Origin: an uncultured virus (IMG/VR IMGVR_UViG_3300026521_000636) | Lineage: Duplodnaviria; Heunggongvirae; Uroviricota; Caudoviricetes | Length of the DNA stretch: 64,000 nucleotides | IMG/VR virus record: IMGVR_UViG_3300026521_000636 | Reading direction: 5' to 3' (one strand) | In this document: in pieces, positions 19,314-28,316 of the stretch | Layout of the letters: the number at the start of each line of letters is the position of its first letter | How positions within the stretch are numbered: position 1 is the first letter of the stretch | Notes under the pieces: generated by a model | Database searches by the model: none | The model's input: the letters and a program-made list of their open reading frames with translations, nothing else | Told to the model about the DNA's origin: nothing | Program-made: the position numbers and the translations under genes

Positions 19314-20465
19314 ATGCGAGTTGATAATATCTTAATAAAAACAGAGTATGGAGATATAGAAATCTCAGGAAGAGTAGATAGCGGTGAATTTATTCCAGAT
19401 GATTTAGATATTTCAACGGAATTAGGTGAATTTTTAGGAAAATGGATTGAAGCTGGAAATTTATTTTTTTCAGATAATGAAATTGATATGGTCGGTCAAG
19501 ATATTGATGATGATTTAATCGATGAATTAAAAAATTTCGTTACATTGAGTGATTTTTCAGATCCTATGAGAGCATTAGCTTTACATCAACATACAGGATA
19601 CGATTTTACAAATATTGATGAAGATAGAAACCCATACACATTTACATCTGGAAGAGAAGAATATATGGTTTTGACCGATGATGAAGCTGATGAAATGGCT
19701 AAAGAACGGGTTGAAAATTTATTAGATGATGTAGGATTTGATGGATTTAGTGATTGGGCTAAAGATCATGCATTAGATAATTTTATTGATACTGATTGGT
19801 TTGACGATGCAAAAATTGAAATGAGTATGAGCTATGCTGAAGATATTAAACACGAGGGTGCAAATTCGGATGAATACATTAATAGACTACATGAAGAAAT
19901 GGTAGAATTAGGTGTTCTTTTTGAACCGGAATGGCCTGAAGAACCAGATGAATCAGATTATACCTATGAAAGAGAGGAATTTGATAGTTCAGATTTTTAT
20001 GATAATGAACCAGTAGAAGATGATTATGAAACTGAAGAAGAATGGGAAGAAGCACATAGTAAATGGGAAGATGATTTATCAAATGCTGAAAAAGAATGGG
20101 AAGAAGAACAAGACCGTTTAGAAGAAGAAGCTCAAGAAGAATATGACGATGCGATTGAAGCTTGGGAACGTGAAAAAGAAGAATATGAATCAGATTTAGA
20201 AAATGATATAGATAATAATATTGAAGAGTTTGCTGAAAAACGTGTAGAAGATGAAGACGGCATCGAATATTGGAAAAATAATATTGGTGATATTTCCGAT
20301 GTAGTAAAAGAACAAGGTTTATTAGACGAAGACGCTTTTATAGAATGGATTGTTGAAACTGATGGTAGAGGTACTAATATTGCAACTTATGATGAGGCGG
20401 AGTACGAAGAAACTGTAACCTTAAATGGTGAAACTGAAGATTTTTATATTTACAGAACCGAATAA
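19314..20465 (+). CDS. highly acidic hypothetical protein
   Basis: 383 aa, D/E-rich with a coiled-coil-like segment. Confidence 0.8.
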   Translation: MRVDNILIKTEYGDIEISGRVDSGEFIPDDLDISTELGEFLGKWIEAGNLFFSDNEIDMVGQDIDDDLIDELKNFVTLSDFSDPMRALALHQHTGYDFTNIDEDRNPYTFTSGREEYMVLTDDEADEMAKERVENLLDDVGFDGFSDWAKDHALDNFIDTDWFDDAKIEMSMSYAEDIKHEGANSDEYINRLHEEMVELGVLFEPEWPEEPDESDYTYEREEFDSSDFYDNEPVEDDYETEEEWEEAHSKWEDDLSNAEKEWEEEQDRLEEEAQEEYDDAIEAWEREKEEYESDLENDIDNNIEEFAEKRVEDEDGIEYWKNNIGDISDVVKEQGLLDEDAFIEWIVETDGRGTNIATYDEAEYEETVTLNGETEDFYIYRTE

Positions 20466-20535
20466 ATTACCACTTTATATTTTTTTAAGACTCTTTTAGA
20501 TATAATTATTATATATTAAATAAAGGGGTCTTAAA

Positions 20536-21939
20536 ATGGCTTTATTAACTTACGATGAAGTATTAGAAATCACAAAAATAAATGAAACTTTTAAAATGAA
20601 ACACCAAAAAATAGGTAACACAGAAATTGCAATGTGTACTTATTTTTTAGCAAATGCAGGTGATTTTTTTGATGCAAAATTAGATGGCTCTATGGTTAGA
20701 GCCACAGAATTAAGAGGTATAACATTTGTAAAAGCTCCAAATTCAGACTGGAAAACATATTTGTTTATCGATAAATTTTTTAATATCGGTCAAACAAATG
20801 GAACTAATATAACAAATATGGAACTTTCTATCAATGACTCAACTGAAATTTGTAATATTAATAAACTTTTTATCGATGAAAATGAGAAAACATATCGTGC
20901 AATAGATTTAAAGTTAAATATGATTGTTGCTGAATTTGATAGAAATACTGAAACTCATGGGGATTTTTTTCAAATTTTATCACTAGATAAAAAAGTTTTA
21001 CCTACATTGAAACCTGAAAATTCTTGGATGTATGAGGATGTAAAAGATTTAGAAATTGTAAGAATTGCAAATAAAGAAGATGGATCCGCAATAAGATTTC
21101 TTTTAATTGAAGGAAAATTAGTGGCTAAAACAAAATTTTCTTTTGAATCAGAACAATGCAAATTAGCTATGGAAATAGTTGAAAAAGATCCTAAACTTAA
21201 AGCATTTATTTTAACAACTTTAGAGTTTGGATATGCAGCAATTTTTGAAATAGTTTCACCATTTAATAAAATCGTTTTAACATATCCAGAAACATCTCTT
21301 AGATTGTTGCAACTAAGAGATGAAAATAATGATGGGTTATATCTAAATATATATGATAATACATTAGTAAAAGCATTTAATATCTTGACTGCCAATCAAG
21401 AACCTTTATACACACTTGATGAGTTACTTAAATTAAAAGAAACCGTTGAAGATAAAGAAGGTTGGGTAATTACATTTGAAAATGGAAAAATGGCAAAGGT
21501 AAAAACTGATTGGTATATGTCACTTCATGGTATTTTAACTGATGGGTTAAAAGAACATAAAATAATTGAAAAGGTTTTAGACGAAACGATTGATGATACT
21601 ATAGCAATGATACCAGAAGAAAATATTGAAGAACGAGATTTTATTGATGGTATCTCTGAAATTATAATTAATCATGTAAATCATTTAGTGTCAGATGCAG
21701 AAGCTAAATTTAAAAATTCATGGAATGGAAATAAAAAAGAGTTAGCACTAAAATTTAAGGATGATAAACGTGCTTTTCCATATATAATGAGTTTTGCAAA
21801 TGGAAAAAATATTGAAGAAATTGAAAAACAAGTTATAGATAGAGTTAAATTTGAATGTAGACGTTTAGAAATGGCTAAACAATACCTTAAAAATTTAGGT
21901 TTTGACAAAGAACTCGAAATAAAAATTGAGGATGATTAA
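20536..21939 (+). CDS. T4 Rnl1-family RNA ligase with ~70-aa insertion
   Basis: ELRGITF, KFFNIG, motif I KEDGS, FEIVSPFNKIV, EGWVI, KVKTDWY. Confidence 0.9.
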   Translation: MALLTYDEVLEITKINETFKMKHQKIGNTEIAMCTYFLANAGDFFDAKLDGSMVRATELRGITFVKAPNSDWKTYLFIDKFFNIGQTNGTNITNMELSINDSTEICNINKLFIDENEKTYRAIDLKLNMIVAEFDRNTETHGDFFQILSLDKKVLPTLKPENSWMYEDVKDLEIVRIANKEDGSAIRFLLIEGKLVAKTKFSFESEQCKLAMEIVEKDPKLKAFILTTLEFGYAAIFEIVSPFNKIVLTYPETSLRLLQLRDENNDGLYLNIYDNTLVKAFNILTANQEPLYTLDELLKLKETVEDKEGWVITFENGKMAKVKTDWYMSLHGILTDGLKEHKIIEKVLDETIDDTIAMIPEENIEERDFIDGISEIIINHVNHLVSDAEAKFKNSWNGNKKELALKFKDDKRAFPYIMSFANGKNIEEIEKQVIDRVKFECRRLEMAKQYLKNLGFDKELEIKIEDD

Positions 21940-21941
21940 TC

Positions 21942-22109
21942 ATGAAATACGGTTTTAGTTTATTTGAATTAATTATTGTAGTTGTAATATTGGGAATTCT
22001 AGCAGCAGTTGCTATTCCTAGATTATCAAATTCTTCATCAAATAATGATAAAATTTCATACAAAAAAATAATTTTTACTAATGGTGATGGTGGATCCGCC
22101 GAGAATTGA
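21942..22109 (+). CDS. 55-aa type IV prepilin-like peptide (not in ORF track)
   Basis: MKYG|FSLFELIIVVVILGILAAVAIPRL class III signal with Glu+5; GAGG RBS; 3' end overlaps the tmRNA 3' end on the opposite strand. Confidence 0.7.
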   Translation: MKYGFSLFELIIVVVILGILAAVAIPRLSNSSSNNDKISYKKIIFTNGDGGSAEN

Positions 22110-22469
22110 ACTCGGGTCTGCCACTACTTCCATTTAAATCTCATTTACAAGTTTAGTTTGATTTTTAATACTTTAATACTTAGATAACCAAACAAATCGG
22201 TATTAAAGGCACTTGATATAATTTTCGTCTAAAGGTATCAAGTTTAACTTTAGCTTATCTATTTTTTATTATACACTCTGTATTTATTAGTAAATAGACA
22301 ACTAATAAACTGAGTGATTCCGGGCTCCCAGAGGGAGGATTAAGCAGCTACTCTCGCAGTCTGTGGAATATAAAGTTTTGTGTTTGCATTTAAGCTTTTT
22401 TGATGATTAAGTCATCACTCTACTTGCAATTTAAATTTCTTATAGCAACATCGATCCCAATTCGGACCC
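22088..22469 (-). ncRNA. ssrA: tmRNA (382 nt), tag ANTKLYIPQTARVAA
   Basis: 5' GGGUCCG pairs with CGGAUCC-ACCA 3' including G3-U70; T-arm CCGAG-UUCAAUU-CUCGG; resume context UUAAAU-GCA; tag ORF 22387-22340 ends VAA-stop. Confidence 0.95.
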
Positions 22470-22476
22470 ATAAAAA

Positions 22477-22507
22477 ATATCAGTATATAGAAATTATATA
22501 CTGATAT
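22477..22507. terminator. perfect 13-bp hairpin just upstream of tmRNA
   Basis: ATATCAGTATATA-gaaat-TATATACTGATAT with a U-run on the minus strand; also contains a minus-strand TATAAT. Confidence 0.5.
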
Positions 22508-22787
22508 GATAATATCCTTTATTTTATACCCAAGGTAACAAAGAACCCTTTACATAAAAAAACACATACGATATTAATTTATCTTTTTACTTGTAAGTAA
22601 ATTAGAGCGTTATCAATTAAGATAAATACGTTCCATAAGAGTTATTTTCTCTAGGTCAATCTCTAAGATAAAATTTTAAAGAGTAATTTAAATCTCTTAT
22701 ATATTTATTTTACAATTTTTAATTTAATTATAAGGTATTTTTTGATATAATATATTACAAATTTTAAATAATTAAGGAGATTGTCCT

Positions 22788-24287
22788 ATGGCAAAATTTA
22801 ACCAAGGTACTAAAAGTATCCCAAATAGTAAAAATATGGCTGGAGGGGTATCATATGATCGCCCAATAAAAAAAGAGGTTGCGACTGTTGTTTTAAACTC
22901 TATGCTTAATGGTGATTCATATTATGAAAAAGAAGGTGAACGTTTAAAACGAATTGAAACTCTTATCACTACATCAAAGTCTGATGCTGAGTTTGTAGCA
23001 AAAGCTATGGTGTTTACTAGAACAAATGGTCGTCTTAGAAGTATTTCACATTTCATGGCAAATATTTTAGCAGAAAATGTAAAAGGTAGTGACTTTTTAC
23101 GTTCAGCATTAACAAAAGCTATTGTAAGACCGGATGATATGACAGAAATGTTATCACTTTGGGATACAAGAAATCCAAATAAAATGGTTCCGAATTCACT
23201 TAGAAGAGCCTTTAAGAAAGCTTTGGAAACTAAATTTGATGAATATCAATTTCGTAAATATGCTCAACCAAAATCAAAAGTGAAACTAAAAGATGTCGTT
23301 AAACTAGCACATCCTTCACCTAAGAATTTTGATGATGAAACTATTTTTAAAAGAGTTATCGAAGATCAATTAAAGGCTGTTGAAACAGCACAAACTATCA
23401 ATGCATCTAAAACTGGTGAAGATCGAGTTGAAGCATATATGAAAGAAATTAAATCTGGTAAAATGGGTTATATGGCAGCATTAAAAAATATTAGAACATT
23501 GATGGAAAATAATATTTCAGAAGATGACTTAAAACAATGGTCTAATTTTATAACTGATCCTAAAAGGGTACAAAAATCAATGGTACTTCCATTTAGATTT
23601 GTTGATGCATGGAATGCTGTAAAAGATTTACCTATTAATGAATTTAAGAAAAATATTGTTAAGAAAGCACTTGAGAGAGCTTTTGCCCTATCAGCTGGAA
23701 ATACAAATATTGCTTCTGATGATGAAAAAGTGGCTATTTTACTTGATGAATCAGGTTCTATGGGCGGATATTCAAATAATGACCGTAAAACACCATTTTA
23801 TATTGGTAAAGTATTATCAGCTGCGATGAAAGTAGGTATGGATGATGATAAGTGTCTGTTTTATACTTGGGCAGATACATGTACAAGAAGAGATATAAAA
23901 GGTTTGTCATCTTTTGATTTTATCAATAATTTAAATACTAGAGGTGGAGGTACTGATGTATCAGCTCCTTTAAAAGAGTTAATTAAAACAAAAACATTTG
24001 TTGATAAAATTATAATCTTTAGTGATATGCAGATGTATGGTGGATGGGGAAATATTGGAGATCAACTCAAAAATTATTTAAAAACATATCGTAAAGAAGT
24101 CAATCCAAATGTAAAAGTATTATTTTGGAATTTAGAAGGATATGGTGGTGGTTCACCATTAGATATTGAAAAAACATCTGATATTTTTGAAGTAGCTGGT
24201 TTTTCAGATAGCATGCTTCAAATTATACCTAAATTATGGAGTGATAAAGATTTTTTAATTAAAGAGATTGAAGCTATATCACTTTAA
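22788..24287 (+). CDS. rsr: Ro60/TROVE-domain RNA-binding protein with C-terminal vWA domain
   Basis: N.AGG.SY start, LRS, RPDD, KFDEYQFRKY, LKDVVKLAHP, GYMAALKNIR, LPFRF; vWA MIDAS DESGSM, GGGTD, FSDMQ. Confidence 0.92.
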   Translation: MAKFNQGTKSIPNSKNMAGGVSYDRPIKKEVATVVLNSMLNGDSYYEKEGERLKRIETLITTSKSDAEFVAKAMVFTRTNGRLRSISHFMANILAENVKGSDFLRSALTKAIVRPDDMTEMLSLWDTRNPNKMVPNSLRRAFKKALETKFDEYQFRKYAQPKSKVKLKDVVKLAHPSPKNFDDETIFKRVIEDQLKAVETAQTINASKTGEDRVEAYMKEIKSGKMGYMAALKNIRTLMENNISEDDLKQWSNFITDPKRVQKSMVLPFRFVDAWNAVKDLPINEFKKNIVKKALERAFALSAGNTNIASDDEKVAILLDESGSMGGYSNNDRKTPFYIGKVLSAAMKVGMDDDKCLFYTWADTCTRRDIKGLSSFDFINNLNTRGGGTDVSAPLKELIKTKTFVDKIIIFSDMQMYGGWGNIGDQLKNYLKTYRKEVNPNVKVLFWNLEGYGGGSPLDIEKTSDIFEVAGFSDSMLQIIPKLWSDKDFLIKEIEAISL

Positions 24288-24290
24288 TAT

Positions 24291-24310
24291 TAGATAGGGA
24301 AACCTATCTA
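24291..24310. terminator. hairpin between convergent genes
   Basis: TAGATAGG-gaaa-CCTATCTA. Confidence 0.6.
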
Positions 24311-25138
24311 ATCAATGGGTGACAAATCAACTAATTCTTGATTTCCTTCTTCATCAATTTCAATCTCAAATTCTCTACCTTCTAAATTTTCTTTAGCATA
24401 CTCATCACTATAATAATAGTCCCACGAAGTTTGTAAAGAGTTTTGTAATGTATCATAATGTTCTTCTAAAAGATTATTAACTTCTTCAACATAAAGCTCT
24501 ATTTCATTTTCTATTTGACTTTCTATTTCAGCTCGTATTTCAGAAGTTAAATCATAAAATTCATTCAAATCCATATTATAAACATCTTGAAAAAACATTT
24601 TTGATGCTTTAATGCCATCTTTAATACTATTCAATGAGTCTTTATATTCCGGTTCATAACCTAATTCATTTAACCATTTTTCAATTGACTGTTCAACTTC
24701 AAAAACTATTTCGATTTGTTCTCCATCCTCTAATGGATCTAAAAAAATCCTTGATTCGATTTCACTATCTATAACATCAGTATCGATATAATAATCTTCA
24801 GTTTCTAATTCATAATTTTGAAAACTATATGGAAGATCATAAACAAATGATTCTTTTTCAAATTCATCCAAACGAGATGACTTAATTTCTTTAATAGATT
24901 TATGACCATCATCGATTGTACCTCTATATTCTAATTCATTTCTATAAAGGTCGAATGTAAAACTATCTTCATCTATATCTATCCCAAATTCAGTTTTCAT
25001 AGTATTGACAAAATCATCAAAAATCCACTCATACCAATCTTCAGGAACTAAAAATTCATCTTCCTGAAAATTAACAATTATTTCTTCTTTTAATTTTTGA
25101 GGTAAATCCTCAAATTTTACAATTTCAGTTTTAAACAT
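24308..25138 (-). CDS. highly acidic hypothetical protein (late promoter)
   Basis: GGAG RBS; TATAAATA at 25168-25175. Confidence 0.8.
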   Translation of the reverse strand: MFKTEIVKFEDLPQKLKEEIIVNFQEDEFLVPEDWYEWIFDDFVNTMKTEFGIDIDEDSFTFDLYRNELEYRGTIDDGHKSIKEIKSSRLDEFEKESFVYDLPYSFQNYELETEDYYIDTDVIDSEIESRIFLDPLEDGEQIEIVFEVEQSIEKWLNELGYEPEYKDSLNSIKDGIKASKMFFQDVYNMDLNEFYDLTSEIRAEIESQIENEIELYVEEVNNLLEEHYDTLQNSLQTSWDYYYSDEYAKENLEGREFEIEIDEEGNQELVDLSPID

Positions 25139-25183
25139 AATATCTCCAATTAAGTTTTTATTATGTTTATTTATACCTTATTT

Positions 25184-25459
25184 CTAATCATTACGGATGA
25201 TACCAAATATTTCATCCATTTCAATAATTAATAATTTTTCTTTATCTAATTCAATTTCAGTACCAGAAAATTTTCCAAAAACAACTGTCGTACCAATATC
25301 TACACCGAAATCTTCTTTAGTATCATCGTTACATGCTACAATTTTTCCAAAAGATGGAGTTTCTTTTGATGAATCAGGTATAATAATACCACTTGCTGTT
25401 GTTTTCTGAGCTTCCTCTACTTTTACCGCTACTCTAGTTCCTAATGGTTCAAAATTCAT
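25184..25459 (-). CDS. groES: co-chaperonin GroES
   Basis: PLGTRV, TASGIIIPDSSKE, FGKFSGTEI. Confidence 0.95.
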   Translation of the reverse strand: MNFEPLGTRVAVKVEEAQKTTASGIIIPDSSKETPSFGKIVACNDDTKEDFGVDIGTTVVFGKFSGTEIELDKEKLLIIEMDEIFGIIRND

Positions 25460-25483
25460 TTTAATTCCTTATTTTTTATTTTA

Positions 25484-25774
25484 TTATACAAATTTTTCAG
25501 GGTATTTTTCTAACATTTTAGTAAACATTTTATGAAGATCATTAATATTTACTTTAAACTGCTCTTCTATAACCTTATTAATACTTAATATAGTTTTTAA
25601 CATGGCTTCATCTTCTGATTTTTCTAATAAATGTTTAGATTTTCTTTTTGTATTTCCTCGACCAACATCAATAATACAAAACTTATTTGTAATCCTTAAA
25701 ATTTTTCCAGTAGAAATTTTTCCAGACCACTCATCTTGATACCAAACTTGCATACCTATTTCAAAATCTTTCAT
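25484..25774 (-). CDS. hypothetical protein
   Basis: SH3/KOW-like N-terminus; ends KYPEKFV. Confidence 0.7.
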   Translation of the reverse strand: MKDFEIGMQVWYQDEWSGKISTGKILRITNKFCIIDVGRGNTKRKSKHLLEKSEDEAMLKTILSINKVIEEQFKVNINDLHKMFTKMLEKYPEKFV

Positions 25775-25811
25775 TTAAAACCTTATTAAAAAACTTATAT
25801 TATATATATTA

Positions 25812-26885
25812 TTATACAATGAATGTAGCAATAAATGCCCATATCAATAATAAAATCTGCCAACCAATTATAGCTTCAAAATAACGACGTATTGGAGTAC
25901 CAAAATACCCACTACCAATAGATAAACATTTATGCATCGGTGATATATTATAGGCAAAAAATTCAAGAACTAAAAACCATACTAAATATTGTACACCATA
26001 AATGGTTGTTAATAATGCTACAATTCCTGCAAACTTTCCACTACTACCCATTAACCAGCTCGAAATAAATGCGAAGCTACTTATCGCTATTAATCCAGAC
26101 ATAGTACTAATATCAAATATATTTTTATGACTATTAATAAATTCTATAATTTCTGTATTGTGACTTTTAAAAAATACTGATAACATTAGAATTACACTCA
26201 ATAATAAAACTAACCACCAGTTTACATACCCAAATAACTCTTTAATATTATATGATTTTGTTAGTATGATATAATAAATTGTAAGAATACCAAATATTAT
26301 GGCTCCATTAAAACCGAATGCTAATAATCCAACACCTACAATCAAAGGTATTGCACCAGTTATGAAACGTTTAATATCATATTTATCAAAAATTGACGCA
26401 TCTAATATTATATCACTTTCGTCAAATTTCCAAAATATATACCATACGATATATAAGAAAGTGATTAAAATTAATGGCCACACATACCCTATAAATGCTC
26501 CCCAACTTAATCCTAAAGCTGCCATCGGTAAAATTACTGTTTTCTCTAAAGGAGACCATAGATAATAATGATGTGTTGATAAATAATCTATAATACCAAA
26601 TTTAGATCTAGATTTCCTACATTTTCTTTCGCCTTGATTACAATTATCCTTACTGCAACATGGGGCTAAATTTGATAATATACCTGCAGAAACAGTCACT
26701 CTACCAGGTATCGGCAATATACCACCGATAAATGATATTAAAGCAATTACACCCCTTTTACTTGGAATTTTTTCAGATATATACTTAAATACATCCACCA
26801 TCAAATTATGTGTTTTCATAATTCCTGAACTTATCATTACACCGATAAGAAAAATTAAATATGTTTGTACTAATAAATATGACAT
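25812..26885 (-). CDS. multi-pass membrane protein, putative permease
   Basis: About 10 hydrophobic segments; GGILPIPG, SPMHKCL; GGAGG RBS. Confidence 0.75.
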   Translation of the reverse strand: MSYLLVQTYLIFLIGVMISSGIMKTHNLMVDVFKYISEKIPSKRGVIALISFIGGILPIPGRVTVSAGILSNLAPCCSKDNCNQGERKCRKSRSKFGIIDYLSTHHYYLWSPLEKTVILPMAALGLSWGAFIGYVWPLILITFLYIVWYIFWKFDESDIILDASIFDKYDIKRFITGAIPLIVGVGLLAFGFNGAIIFGILTIYYIILTKSYNIKELFGYVNWWLVLLLSVILMLSVFFKSHNTEIIEFINSHKNIFDISTMSGLIAISSFAFISSWLMGSSGKFAGIVALLTTIYGVQYLVWFLVLEFFAYNISPMHKCLSIGSGYFGTPIRRYFEAIIGWQILLLIWAFIATFIV

Positions 26886-26964
26886 ATTTCCTCCTTTTGT
26901 ATTAAGTATTTTACAAATTATGATATTTTATATAATAAATATACTTAAAATTAAGGAAAATTTA

Positions 26965-27186
26965 ATGTATTTTGCAATAATTAATGAGAAAAATGAATAT
27001 CTAAAAGTAGAATTTGTCGATAATATATTTTGTTTAAATAATAAAGGGGTGGTCTTTACTAGTAGTTCATTAGAAGTAATAAAAAAAGTATTGGATGGGG
27101 GTGAGGGTACATTAGAAATACCCTCAAATAGTTTTAAAAATCTTAAAGCTGTACAATTAGCAATTAATATAACAGCCGAGTATTAG
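26965..27186 (+). CDS. hypothetical protein
   Basis: ATG 26965 after AAGGA RBS. Confidence 0.6.
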   Translation: MYFAIINEKNEYLKVEFVDNIFCLNNKGVVFTSSSLEVIKKVLDGGEGTLEIPSNSFKNLKAVQLAINITAEY

Positions 27187-28223
27187 AATTCATCCCAACC
27201 ATCAACAGCAGAAGATTGATTATATGATGTTACAGTAGATTCAAAGAAATTACCTTTAACATCACCATCACCTTCTGTATCGGCAATTTTTTCTAAATGC
27301 CCATAAGGATTTTTTTGATATTTTTCATCTAAATAAAGTTTTGGGGCACCAATAGCTTCTAATCGTTTATTTGCCATCCATTTTGTGTATCTATCTGTAC
27401 TTTCTTCACTTATTCCCAAAATATCATTTCCAATAATATGGTTAGTCCATTGAATTTCTTGATTTGTTGCAATTTCAGTCATTTCTAAAATTATACCAAC
27501 ATTATACATATCTGGAAATTCTTGCTTTATAGCATATATAATATTTTCAAATAATACACAATGCGTTAATTCATCACGATTAATATAACGAATTACATCC
27601 GATGATCCGGGCATTAAGTTTCTACTAGCTAAATTATAAAAAAAGTTAAAACCATTATAAAAATAAAGCCCTTCTAATAAGTAATTAGCAATAAGAACTC
27701 TAAAATAATTTTCATCAGAAGGATCATCGATAAATTTTTGATAAATTTCAGCGATATATTTATTTCTTGTTAATAACACATCATCGCTTCTCCAAAAATC
27801 ATAAATTTTTTCTCTCTTATTTTTAGGTATTACTGTTTCTATTGTATATGCATATGATTGTGAATGGATTGCTTCTTGATATGTTTGTATGCTCAATACC
27901 AATCCAACTTCGGGAGCAGTTATCATATCACTAATATTTGGTAAATTATTTACTTGAATACTATCCAAAAAAACTAAGAATGATAAAATACCATCATATG
28001 CTTTTTGTTCAGCTTTAGTAAGCTTCTTATAATCATTTGAATCAATACTCAAATCAACTTTTTCTGGAATCCAAAAATTAGCCATCATACTTCTATAAAG
28101 TTTATTCGCCCAAGTATATTTAACATCATTTAAATTAAATAAATTAGTTGGATCCCCTTTAATAATTGTTCTACTTTGAATACTATCATCACCTAATGGA
28201 TTAAATAATTTTTTCTTTTCCAT
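27183..28223 (-). CDS. nrdB: class I ribonucleotide reductase beta subunit
   Basis: FWIPE, LDSIQ, EAIHSQSY, LEGLYFYNGF, RDELTH, NFFE. Confidence 0.95.
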   Translation of the reverse strand: MEKKKLFNPLGDDSIQSRTIIKGDPTNLFNLNDVKYTWANKLYRSMMANFWIPEKVDLSIDSNDYKKLTKAEQKAYDGILSFLVFLDSIQVNNLPNISDMITAPEVGLVLSIQTYQEAIHSQSYAYTIETVIPKNKREKIYDFWRSDDVLLTRNKYIAEIYQKFIDDPSDENYFRVLIANYLLEGLYFYNGFNFFYNLASRNLMPGSSDVIRYINRDELTHCVLFENIIYAIKQEFPDMYNVGIILEMTEIATNQEIQWTNHIIGNDILGISEESTDRYTKWMANKRLEAIGAPKLYLDEKYQKNPYGHLEKIADTEGDGDVKGNFFESTVTSYNQSSAVDGWDEF

Positions 28224-28316
28224 TTATTATCCTTCTGTTATTATTTTAATATTATTTTACATTTTTTCAATAATCTATTCAAAACTACTATAAATACTTT
28301 TAAAATAGGAGATAAT

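Noticed and set aside
22088..22125. tRNA gene
   Set aside because: The T-arm and CCA end pair with a 5' strand 380 nt away and enclose a tag ORF, so this is tmRNA. No standard tRNA was recognised in the window.
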